Shown here: positions 8,131-15,907 of the stretch, piece after piece
Numbering within the stretch: position 1 is the stretch's first letter
Layout of the letters: every line of letters starts with the position of its first letter
Assembly: GCA_964650515.1 (NCBI GenBank)
Contig: CAZYUB010000003.1
Span: forward strand, 68,096-132,095
Direction of reading: 5' to 3'
Length of the DNA stretch: 64,000 nt
Source: an uncultured Planctomycetia bacterium
Lineage (GTDB): Bacteria > Omnitrophota > Gorgyraeia > Pluralincolimonadales > Pluralincolimonadaceae
The notes under the pieces: model-generated
What the model saw: the letters and a program-made list of their open reading frames with translations, nothing else
Databases searched by the model: none
Told to the model about the DNA's origin: nothing
Program-made: the position numbers and the translations under genes

Positions 8131-9062
8131 CGCAATATGGGGATACCATGGATAATCACGTAGAGATAATATCGGGTGTATTTGCATATCCGAATACGGT
8201 TGAGACGGGAAGGGGTAAGGTAGAATATTCGATCAACGACGGAGATATGCCCGTAGTAATGAGCGTGCACGGCGGCATGGGAGGTTTCGACCAGGCAAGG
8301 ATCCTTGTGGATTTTCTCGGCGAGAAAAACTGGAGGTTGCTATGCCCTTCTAGGCCCGGTTACCTGGGCACGCCTATTGAAAGCGGAAGGACAATGGAAG
8401 AGCAGGCCGACCTCCTGGCGGCATTGCTCGATACTTTAAAGATAGACAAGGTCGTCGTTATCTGCGCTTCAGCCGGAGGGCCTCCGGGTTATTTTTTCGC
8501 GATACGGCATCCCGACAGGATAAAGGCGCTAGTACCGATAGATGCCGTCAGCGGATTTTATGATATGCCCGATTCGGCAGGTCCGGTAGCTAAGGCGCTC
8601 TTCCTGAGCGATATAGGGCAGAAGATACTCCTTGCTATGGAAGAGAAGAAGCCAGAATCTTTCCTGCAGGAGATATTCAGTACGTCGGCATATTTCACTA
8701 AGGAGCAGATCAAGTCGCATACCGAACACGCGCTGAAATCGCCGGATGCGCTTGCGTTCCTGAGGGCTTTCATGGTGACTATGAGCCCATACGCCAAAAG
8801 AAAAACGGGTACCGAGAACGACCTTATGCAGTTCAAAAAGTTCACCCACCTGCCGGTTGAGGGCATAAAGTGCCCGACGCTCATTGTCCACGGCACGCAT
8901 GACGCAGATGTCAAGTTCTACGACGGTGTGTACGCCTACGAGCATATACCCGGCGCGGAACGCTACTGGATAGAGGAGGGTTCGCATGTCGGCTTCTGGC
9001 TCAATCCGCGCGCCAATGAAGCCCATCAGGCGGTCAGGGATTTTATCACAGGGGTAAAATAG
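8097..9062 (+). CDS. alpha/beta-hydrolase-fold protein (esterase/lipase-like)
   Basis: 321-aa ORF. Nucleophile elbow 'CASAGG', distal 'HGTHD'. The ORF-track start at 8097 runs through the repeat array; the in-frame ATG at 8148 (MDNHVEII...) is the more likely start. Confidence 0.65.
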   Translation: MSLRDVSKGDTPQYGDTMDNHVEIISGVFAYPNTVETGRGKVEYSINDGDMPVVMSVHGGMGGFDQARILVDFLGEKNWRLLCPSRPGYLGTPIESGRTMEEQADLLAALLDTLKIDKVVVICASAGGPPGYFFAIRHPDRIKALVPIDAVSGFYDMPDSAGPVAKALFLSDIGQKILLAMEEKKPESFLQEIFSTSAYFTKEQIKSHTEHALKSPDALAFLRAFMVTMSPYAKRKTGTENDLMQFKKFTHLPVEGIKCPTLIVHGTHDADVKFYDGVYAYEHIPGAERYWIEEGSHVGFWLNPRANEAHQAVRDFITGVK

Positions 9063-9066
9063 TGGA

Positions 9067-10578
9067 ATGAAATATATCTTATCCATCGACCAGGGAACCA
9101 CCGGAAGCCGGGCATATATATTCGATAAGCCCGGCCGTATTGTTTCCAGCGCCTATAAGGAGTTCAGGCAGATATACCCGCGCGCCGGATGGGTCGAGCA
9201 TGACCCGGAGGAGATATGGCGCTCTGTGGAATCCGTGGTCAGGCAAGCGATCTCGCGCAAAAAGATAAGGCCCGCCGATATCGCCGCGATAGGCATAACA
9301 AACCAGCGCGAGACCACGATACTCTGGGACAGGAAGACCGGCAAGCCGGTTTATAACGCTATTGTCTGGCAATGCCGCCGCACCGCCGCCATCTGCGACA
9401 AGCTCAAGAAAGAAGGCCATTCGGAACTTTTCCGCAGGAAGACCGGCCTCGTCATTGACCCATACTTCTCGGGAACAAAGATTAAGTGGATTTTAAGCGG
9501 ACTGTCCCAAAATGCTGCGAAGCGTCCCCCGCAGGGGAACACGTCCCCAAACGGCACGTCCCTTTGCTTCGGCACTGTAGACACCTGGCTGATATGGAAA
9601 TTGACGGGAGGCAAGGTCCACGCGACAGATTACACGAATGCGTCACGCACGCTGATATTCAATATTAGAGAAAAGAAGTGGGATGCGCAGCTGCTAAGGA
9701 TATTGAAGATACCGAAGGCCATTTTGCCGGAGGTCAGACCCTCGAGCTCGATATTCGGCACGACCGCAAAGGGTATATGCGGCCTGCCCGCGGGCATCCC
9801 GATAGCAGGGGTGGCGGGGGACCAGCAGGCAGCGCTCTTCGGCCAGGGATGTTTCAAGGCAGGGGAGATGAAGAATACCTACGGCACCGGGTGTTTCCTT
9901 CTGCTGAATACCGGTAAGAAGTTCCTGCTATCGAATAATGGATTACTGACAACGCTTGCCTGCGACGCGCACGGAGCGCCGTGCTATGCCCAGGAAGGCG
10001 CTGTATTTATAACAGGCGCGGCAGTGCAATGGCTCAGGGATGGGCTCAAAATAATCAAGAACGCCGCCGAGACCGAAAAATGGGCGAAGAAAGTTAAGGA
10101 CACTGCGGGCGTCTATTTTGTTCCGGCATTCGTCGGCCTTGGCGCGCCATACTGGGATTCGCGCGCCCGCGGCACCCTTACCGGCATAACCCGCGGCACG
10201 AACAGGTCGCACATTATCCGCGCGACGCTCGAGGCGATCGCTTACCAGGTAAAAGATATCGTTGATATTATGGAGAAAGAGACCGGCAACCGCTCGAAAT
10301 CCCTGCGTGTTGACGGCGGCGCGTGTCGCAATGGCCTGCTGATGCAGTTCCAGGCGGATATCCTCGGCGTCAGGACAGTGCGCCCGATGATAACCGAGAC
10401 GACCGCGAAGGGCGCCGCGATGCTCGCGGGCCTGGCCGTTGGGTTCTGGAAGACCTCGTCCGAATTGAAGATGACGCTTGTCGCTGAGAAGATATTTTCA
10501 CCGCGCATGAACGGCGCGTCAAGAAAAGCGCTCTATTCGGGCTGGCTCGCGGCTGTCCGTAAGGCAAGAGCAGTATGA
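9067..10578 (+). CDS. glpK: glycerol kinase
   Basis: 503 aa. 'IDQGTTGSRAYIFD', 'FGTVDTWLIWKLTGG', 'GDQQAALFGQ' are classic GlpK motifs. It contains an atypically long loop between KWIL and FGTVDTW that is encoded by the repeat-containing stretch 9520-9565. Confidence 0.9.
   Translation: MKYILSIDQGTTGSRAYIFDKPGRIVSSAYKEFRQIYPRAGWVEHDPEEIWRSVESVVRQAISRKKIRPADIAAIGITNQRETTILWDRKTGKPVYNAIVWQCRRTAAICDKLKKEGHSELFRRKTGLVIDPYFSGTKIKWILSGLSQNAAKRPPQGNTSPNGTSLCFGTVDTWLIWKLTGGKVHATDYTNASRTLIFNIREKKWDAQLLRILKIPKAILPEVRPSSSIFGTTAKGICGLPAGIPIAGVAGDQQAALFGQGCFKAGEMKNTYGTGCFLLLNTGKKFLLSNNGLLTTLACDAHGAPCYAQEGAVFITGAAVQWLRDGLKIIKNAAETEKWAKKVKDTAGVYFVPAFVGLGAPYWDSRARGTLTGITRGTNRSHIIRATLEAIAYQVKDIVDIMEKETGNRSKSLRVDGGACRNGLLMQFQADILGVRTVRPMITETTAKGAAMLAGLAVGFWKTSSELKMTLVAEKIFSPRMNGASRKALYSGWLAAVRKARAV
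9520..9565 (+). repeat. cluster of three inverse-orientation copies of the ACACGTCCC/GGGACGTGT core (GCGTCCCCC, GGGGAACACGTCCCCA, GGCACGTCCCT) inside glpK
   Basis: Seen directly. Its reverse complement gives GGGACGTGCC / GGGGACGTGTTCCCC / GGGGGACGC, matching the 8091-8130 array core. Confidence 0.5.
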
Positions 10579-12041
10579 AGCGCGACATAGCTAAGCTGAA
10601 AGCCGGGCATTTCGACCTTCTTGTCATAGGCGGCGGCATAAACGGCTGCGCGATCGCGCGCGACGCGTCGCTGCGCGGCCTGACGACCGCGCTCATAGAA
10701 AAAGACGACTTCGCCTGCGGCGCAAGCGGCAAATCCACGAAGATAATCCACGGCGGCATCCGCTACCTCGAACAGTTCAACCTGAACCTCATCTACGAAG
10801 CCCTGCACGAACGAGGGACATTATTACGGACAGCCTCGCAGTTGGTATGGCCGCTCGAGTTCATCATCCCGGTATATAAGGGCGACCCGCGCCCGCTCAT
10901 AATGATGCGGACGGGTGTCTTCATCTACGACATGCTTGCCGGCAGGGCTAATATCCATTGCCACCGTCCGCTGGATAAGAGCGAACTGACATTATTTGAA
11001 CCGAGCATCACCCCGAAGGGCTTAAAAGGCGGCGTCATGTATTGCGATGCCCAGATGGACGACATCCGGCTTTGTCTCGATAACGCGATATCCGCTTCTG
11101 AAGCGGGCTGCTGCATAGCGAACAAGGTGGAAGCGGAAGGCCTCGTGAAAAAAGAGGGAAGGGTGGCAGGAGTTGAAGCAAAAGACACCCTGACCGGCGA
11201 AAAGTTCACCATCCGCGCGCAGTATGTGGTCAACGCCACCGGCGCCTGGTCGAACCGTTTGGTCTGGGCGGATGAGCCGCACGCTCCCGCGATAACCCGG
11301 CCCACAAAAGGCATACACCTTGTCTATAAGAAACTTCCGATAACGCGCGCTATGCTCTTTTCCGCGCGCAAGGACAAGAGGATATTCTTCGCGATCCCGT
11401 GGCGAGATTACACGCTGATAGGCACGACCGATACCGATTTCAACGGCCCGCCGGATGAGGTCTATGCCGAGCGTTCCGATGTTGAATACCTGCTTGATGA
11501 GATCCGCAGGGTATTTCCCGATGAGAATATAAGCAAGGAGGGCGTCATAACCACCTATGCGGGCCTGCGCCCGCTGATGAACACGCAAGGCATCGCGCCG
11601 TGGAAGGTCTCGCGCGAGCACTACATTAAGGAATCCGGCTCCGGGCTCATATCGGTTGTCGGGGGAAAATACACGACATACAGGCGCCTTGCCCAACAGC
11701 TGGTAGACCTCGTGGCCCGAAAGTTCGAAGGCAGGGCCCTTAAGTCGTGCGAAACGGCCGAGCATGGCCCCGTCGCGCCGCAAAAGGCGGGGGAGGGGGA
11801 CCTTCGTTCGCGCATAGAGCGCGCCGTGAAAGACGAGATGGCCAATAGTTTGAAGGACCTTCTGATACGCCGCCTTCAACTTGCGATGACGCCTTCACGC
11901 GGCCTTGACGTGTACGAAGAGGCCGGACGTATAATGGGTGAACTGCTCGATTGGACACTCGCGCAAAGGGATTACGAGATCCAGTCCTATAAATACGAGA
12001 TAAGAAAGAATATGGAGTGCCTTAAGGTAAATAACCATTGA
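10575..12041 (+). CDS. glpD: FAD-dependent glycerol-3-phosphate dehydrogenase
   Basis: 488 aa. N-terminal FAD fold 'DLLVIGGGINGCAIARDASLRGL', overlapping stop/start with glpK. Confidence 0.85.
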   Translation: MKRDIAKLKAGHFDLLVIGGGINGCAIARDASLRGLTTALIEKDDFACGASGKSTKIIHGGIRYLEQFNLNLIYEALHERGTLLRTASQLVWPLEFIIPVYKGDPRPLIMMRTGVFIYDMLAGRANIHCHRPLDKSELTLFEPSITPKGLKGGVMYCDAQMDDIRLCLDNAISASEAGCCIANKVEAEGLVKKEGRVAGVEAKDTLTGEKFTIRAQYVVNATGAWSNRLVWADEPHAPAITRPTKGIHLVYKKLPITRAMLFSARKDKRIFFAIPWRDYTLIGTTDTDFNGPPDEVYAERSDVEYLLDEIRRVFPDENISKEGVITTYAGLRPLMNTQGIAPWKVSREHYIKESGSGLISVVGGKYTTYRRLAQQLVDLVARKFEGRALKSCETAEHGPVAPQKAGEGDLRSRIERAVKDEMANSLKDLLIRRLQLAMTPSRGLDVYEEAGRIMGELLDWTLAQRDYEIQSYKYEIRKNMECLKVNNH

Positions 12042-13300
12042 TAAACTAGATAAAGGATGGAGATTACGTATGAATATGAAGCTATGTTCAATTGAGCGGA
12101 AAATATTAGAAGCATTGAAAAGATATTGTGCTGAGTATTGGAATCTACCCGAGGTGTCCTGCTTAATTGGAATTGTATTGTTAGGGTTCATTATAAAAAA
12201 ACTCACTATTTTACTAATAATATATGTTGTGACTATATTGTTTATTCATTCTATAATAAAATCAAAGAGAAAAAACATAGTCATAGTATTGGCAGTAATA
12301 ATATTTATAGTGTTTATAATATATAAGCCCACGAATTTATTAAATGCTCCTAAGTTAGAGATTAATCTTGGAGTTTTGTCTATTCCGACGGCTGAAGAAG
12401 GGAATATCGCGCCATTAATATACACCTTATTTAAATATATTAAATACGATCCGATTACAAGTCCAAGGACAGCATATCTTGTTATACAGCCAATATCATT
12501 TAGATTAAAGTATAATCCAAAAGATGATATATATCATGGAGAATATGTTGTTTTTATTAAGAATATCGGTCATTCTGCTGCCATAATAAATAAAATTGAG
12601 TGGGATACTGCTACGAAATGGAATAAGGAAGAAATGAAATTAACTCCAAAAGCAGAGTACTATAGATCAGAACTCAATAAATTAAATGACAAAAAACTAC
12701 CTAAAGAAGAAGAGAAAATATACAACAATTATTATAATAATCTAATTGAAGAGCTTGAATGTAAAGGGAAAATATTACGTTCTAATGATGAAATAATATT
12801 CAGTTTTTCACCTCAATTGCAGTCTGAAAAACCTACAAAAGGTATATTTGTAATAACGGTAGTAGTTGATTATAGATCAATAAATAATGAAAATAAAAAA
12901 TTTAAAAGTCAATATAACGGATATGTTGAATACAACAAGGAACTAAATATGAATAACAAAATATACAAATTTATAAATAAAAAACAACGCATCGATACAT
13001 TACCATAATAACATAATACATAAGTCCAGACCAAAACAGAGAAGACCTAGGATAGGTCGATCGAGAACTACCTGCGTAACCGTAAAGGATAAATAGGGGA
13101 GGGGAATAAAAATAAAGAGATTTCTCGCTTTTATATGCCAAATTTGCCCATTCTGTATTTTCTCCCGCCGCTTTCCGAACTCCGGATTTGCCGTGAAGAT
13201 GAAGGAAGTGGAGAAGGCCTGTCCTTGCTGTAAGGCATACGAAGAGCTTATAGTCAAGAAGAAACACCCCTAAAATAACAAATATTTCCCCTTGCAATTA
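12042..13300. other. strongly AT-rich compositional island (~25-30% GC against a ~57% background) carrying one orphan gene
   Basis: Visible shift to A/T-rich codons (AAA, AAT, ATA, TTA) throughout 12.05-13.1 kb. Flanks return abruptly to GC-rich sequence. An imperfect short direct repeat TAAAGGAT lies at both edges (12052 and 13083). Confidence 0.7.
12070..13008 (+). CDS. orphan hypothetical membrane protein (N-terminal possible HTH-like segment, 2-3 TM helices, ~200-aa Lys/Asn/Tyr-rich soluble C-terminal region)
   Basis: 312-aa ORF with RBS AAGGATGGAG 6 nt upstream. Hydrophobic blocks 'LIGIVLLGFIIKKLTILLIIYVVTILFIHSII' and 'IVIVLAVIIFIVFIIY'. No recognisable family. Confidence 0.55.
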   Translation: MNMKLCSIERKILEALKRYCAEYWNLPEVSCLIGIVLLGFIIKKLTILLIIYVVTILFIHSIIKSKRKNIVIVLAVIIFIVFIIYKPTNLLNAPKLEINLGVLSIPTAEEGNIAPLIYTLFKYIKYDPITSPRTAYLVIQPISFRLKYNPKDDIYHGEYVVFIKNIGHSAAIINKIEWDTATKWNKEEMKLTPKAEYYRSELNKLNDKKLPKEEEKIYNNYYNNLIEELECKGKILRSNDEIIFSFSPQLQSEKPTKGIFVITVVVDYRSINNENKKFKSQYNGYVEYNKELNMNNKIYKFINKKQRIDTLP

Positions 13301-13309
13301 TTCCAATAA

Positions 13310-13921
13310 ATGGTATCTTATATTGACTCGAAACGTGTTGATAAAAATATGAAAAAATCCCTTATATTAATAATTGCTGTTTTACTGATGAGCCCAGCTG
13401 TGGCAAGCGCCAACCTGCTGGTCAACCCGGGATTTGAGACGGGTAATTTCAGCGGATGGACTCCCAGCATTGTCGGCCTCCAGACCGTATCGGACTCGAA
13501 CCCTCATTCGGGCCAGTACGAGGCGAGGATATACCAGTTCGGGAGCTTCAGCCAGAATGTCACAGTGACGCCGAACACCGTCTACAAACTTTCCTCGTTC
13601 ATGAATATACCGACAAACGGCGGTTACGCGTCGATCTCGTTAACCTTTTTCAATGCCTCCGGCACGTCTTCATTCCAGCAGGAGCGTTCGTGGGAGAGGT
13701 ATCCGGGCAGCGCCCAATACGAGATGATAGAGACGGACTGGCTGACGGCCCCGAGCTATGCCGCCTACGCCAGGGTCCAGTGCTCCGTTACCACAGCCGG
13801 CAGCTATATCGACTTCGATGACGTCAGCTTGGATGTGATACCCGAGCCGACCTCGCTTCTGCTTTTATCCTCAGGCCTAACAGGATTGCTTGGCCTGGGT
13901 TTTAGGAAGAAGAGGAAGTAG
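13310..13921 (+). CDS. PEP-CTERM-anchored secreted protein with an N-terminal CBM4/9-like carbohydrate-binding module
   Basis: Signal peptide 'LILIIAVLLMSPAVASA' (the likely real start is the M at 13349). 'NLLVNPGFETGNFSGWT' is the typical opening of CBM_4_9 modules. C-terminus 'IPEPTSLLLLSSGLTGLLGLGFRKKRK' is a canonical PEP-CTERM sorting signal. Confidence 0.8.
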   Translation: MVSYIDSKRVDKNMKKSLILIIAVLLMSPAVASANLLVNPGFETGNFSGWTPSIVGLQTVSDSNPHSGQYEARIYQFGSFSQNVTVTPNTVYKLSSFMNIPTNGGYASISLTFFNASGTSSFQQERSWERYPGSAQYEMIETDWLTAPSYAAYARVQCSVTTAGSYIDFDDVSLDVIPEPTSLLLLSSGLTGLLGLGFRKKRK

Positions 13922-13983
13922 GCACCGTTTCGTTTCAAAATAATCGTTACCCTTGCAATTATGCTATTGCAGGGGATTTTTGT

Positions 13984-14334
13984 TTGGGGAAGAATGAACG
14001 CATGAATACAAAAGCCGGGCAAGCAGAAAAATTAGCTGTTTTGTTAGATTACCAGGAAGGCTCAATCGTGAGCAAAGAGATCATACGTAAGGACAAGGGC
14101 ACAGTGACCCTTTTTGCCTTTGACAAAGGGCAAGGGCTCAGTGAGCATACCGCGCCGTTTGATGCCCTGGTATACGTATTTGACGGCAAAGCGGATATCT
14201 TGATATCCGGCAAACAGCATCATTTAGGCGTCGGCGATGCCATAATAATGCCAGCCGATCAGCCGCATGCTTTAAAGGCCATAGAGCGTTTCAAGATGAT
14301 GCTGGTCATGATAAGGGCGAAAAACTCCAACTAA
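13984..14334 (+). CDS. cupin-domain protein
   Basis: 116 aa. 'HTAPFDALVYVFDGKADILISGKQHHLGVGDAIIMPADQPHA' matches the two-His cupin motif pattern. The start may be ATG at 14002. Confidence 0.65.
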   Translation: MGKNERMNTKAGQAEKLAVLLDYQEGSIVSKEIIRKDKGTVTLFAFDKGQGLSEHTAPFDALVYVFDGKADILISGKQHHLGVGDAIIMPADQPHALKAIERFKMMLVMIRAKNSN

Positions 14335-14349
14335 TGGTTGGAGAACTAA

Positions 14350-14411
14350 CTCGCACCACCGGTGCGAGAAATCGGCCTGATGAGGCATTAAACTGCAACC
14401 AATAGTTGCAG
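14350..14411. terminator. two stem-loops in the convergent intergenic region (CTCGCACC-ACC-GGTGCGAG at 14350-14368; CTGCAAC-CAATA-GTTGCAG at 14393-14411), candidate bidirectional terminators
   Basis: Inverted repeats seen directly, just after the cupin stop. No strong U-tract, so weak as intrinsic terminators. Confidence 0.3.
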
Positions 14412-14598
14412 AAACTGGCAAGAACAAGGCCAAGATATTAAAGAGTGAAAATAGCCCGAAATAGGGGCATCCTGACGCAAATTCCGGGCATTTCTTATGG
14501 CTATAACCAACCAAAAATCCCGCCTAGAAACCATCCAATACAGCCAAACATCCGGTGAGGGGAAACACTTATCCACAACTTGTTTCGTGTGCTGTAGT

Positions 14599-14626
14599 AC
14601 TTAACATAAGATATATTATAGGACGT
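14599..14626. other. dif: dif-like XerC/XerD recombination site (reverse complement reads ACGTCCTATAA-TATATC-TTATGTTAAGT)
   Basis: XerD arm TTATGTTAAGT matches the bacterial dif consensus TTATGTTAAAT/TTATGTCAAGT at 9-10 of 11 positions. The inner palindrome ATAA-N6-TTAT is intact and the 6-bp central region is AT-rich. It sits in the only convergent intergenic region of the window, where gene orientation flips. Confidence 0.4.
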
Positions 14627-14702
14627 TGCCTGCCAGAGGGAAACATCCGGGCTTTATGGTTTTTGGGTGTGTTTTGGCGTGCTTCGGATTACGTGTTTCC
14701 GG

Positions 14703-15488
14703 CTATTTCTTGCCTTCGGAAAGGATCTTCAACATATGCTTGTGGATCTTTCCGTTTGTTGCGAGGATCTGCCTGGAGTTATTGTTGAATTGTCTGCCTG
14801 TGAAATCGGTCACCTCTCCCCCGGCTTCCTTGACTATGAGCCAACCTGCCGCTGTATCCCACGGGAAAAGGTCCAATTCCCAGAAGGCCTCAAGCCTGCC
14901 GCAGGCCACGTAGCAAAGGTCAAGGGCAGCGCTTCCGGCCCTGCGTACGGCCTGTGAGGCCATAAGGAAATTCCTGAAATGCACAAGGTTCTCTTCCATA
15001 CTCTTGCCAAGTTTATATGAAAATCCGGTCATCAGGAGGCTTTTTTTGAGCTCTTTAACCGCGCTTACTTTTATGCGTTTGCCGTTAAGGAATGAGCCCT
15101 TGCCTTTTTCGGCGTAAAAAAACTCATTATGTTCCGGGTTATATACTATACCGAGAACAGGTTTTCCGGCTTTCTCGAGGCCTACGGATATGGCATAAAA
15201 CGGGAATCCATGGGCAAAATTTGTGGTCCCGTCAATCGGGTCTATGACCCATTTAAGGCCGCTCCCGCAACCGGTCTTACCGGATTCTTCCGCAAGGAAA
15301 CCGATATCCGGGAACTCCTTGCGAAGCGCTCCTATCAGGATCGCTTCCACTTCGCGGTCTACATTTGTAACGAGGTTAATGTCGCCCTTAAAGGATATCT
15401 TCTTTATCTTTTTGCTGTTGTCCTTAAGGTATTTTCCGGCCTTGAGGACTATCCGGCAGGCTGTTTTTCCTAGTTTACTATTCATCAA
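14703..15488 (-). CDS. suhB: inositol monophosphatase-family protein (SuhB/IMPase-like)
   Basis: 261 aa. 'WVIDPIDGTTNFAHGFPFYAISVG' and 'DLFPWDTAAG' are IMPase-family signatures. Confidence 0.8.
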   Translation of the reverse strand: MMNSKLGKTACRIVLKAGKYLKDNSKKIKKISFKGDINLVTNVDREVEAILIGALRKEFPDIGFLAEESGKTGCGSGLKWVIDPIDGTTNFAHGFPFYAISVGLEKAGKPVLGIVYNPEHNEFFYAEKGKGSFLNGKRIKVSAVKELKKSLLMTGFSYKLGKSMEENLVHFRNFLMASQAVRRAGSAALDLCYVACGRLEAFWELDLFPWDTAAGWLIVKEAGGEVTDFTGRQFNNNSRQILATNGKIHKHMLKILSEGKK

Positions 15489-15825
15489 AGGATTTTAGGG
15501 CTTCGCTTTCGGTAGGATATATCTCGAATACTTTGTCCAGGTCAGTGATCCTGAAGACCTCATTGACCTTGTCCCTTAATTCGCATAGCTTCAGTTTTCC
15601 GCCTTGATCTTTCGTGAGCTTCAACAGGTATACCATGGCGGCAAGCACAAGCGAAGATATGAAGTCAAGGTTCTTGAAATTCAGGATGACATCCTTGGAA
15701 TCCTTCTCCAATATGCCGGCAAAATCCTTTTTTACCATGTCTATCTCGTACATGGTTATTTCGCTCTTCATGATCTCAGCGACCGCTATTCCGCCGCTTT
15801 TCCGCACGGCAAATACATCCGCCAT
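15478..15825 (-). CDS. STAS-domain anti-sigma-factor antagonist (SpoIIAA-like)
   Basis: 115 aa. 'ILNFKNLDFISSLVLAAMVYLLKLTKDQGGKLKLCEL...VFEIYPTESEAL' is the typical STAS layout. Confidence 0.7.
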   Translation of the reverse strand: MADVFAVRKSGGIAVAEIMKSEITMYEIDMVKKDFAGILEKDSKDVILNFKNLDFISSLVLAAMVYLLKLTKDQGGKLKLCELRDKVNEVFRITDLDKVFEIYPTESEALKSFDE

Positions 15826-15907
15826 GGCTTACCTCTCCCGGCCGTAATCAGGCCGCTATTTTTTCTTGCCCCTGTGGGACTTGCCTGACATGCGTTTCTT
15901 CCTTCTT

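Noticed and set aside
13199-13274. 24-codon Cys-rich micro-ORF MKEVEKACPCCKAYEELIVKKKHP (and overlapping 32-codon ORF 13135-13233) in the 3' flank of the AT-rich island
   Set aside because: No convincing RBS or promoter; too short to support without conservation; could be remnant sequence of the inserted island. Worth a tblastn only if the island is studied.
13289-13302. sigma54 (-24/-12) promoter reading of the TTGCA-containing shared motif
   Set aside because: No GG dinucleotide at the required -24 position (10 nt upstream of the GC of TTGCA) in either copy.
14370-14440. Hammerhead-ribozyme-like core: CUGAUGAG at 14377-14384 followed by hairpins and GAAAC at 14411-14415
   Set aside because: The stem II hairpin does not begin immediately after CUGAUGA (8 unpaired nt intervene), and stem III/stem I and the UH cleavage site cannot be placed canonically. 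An isolated CTGATGAG 8-mer is expected about twice by chance in 128 kb of two-strand sequence. The hairpins themselves are retained as possible terminators.
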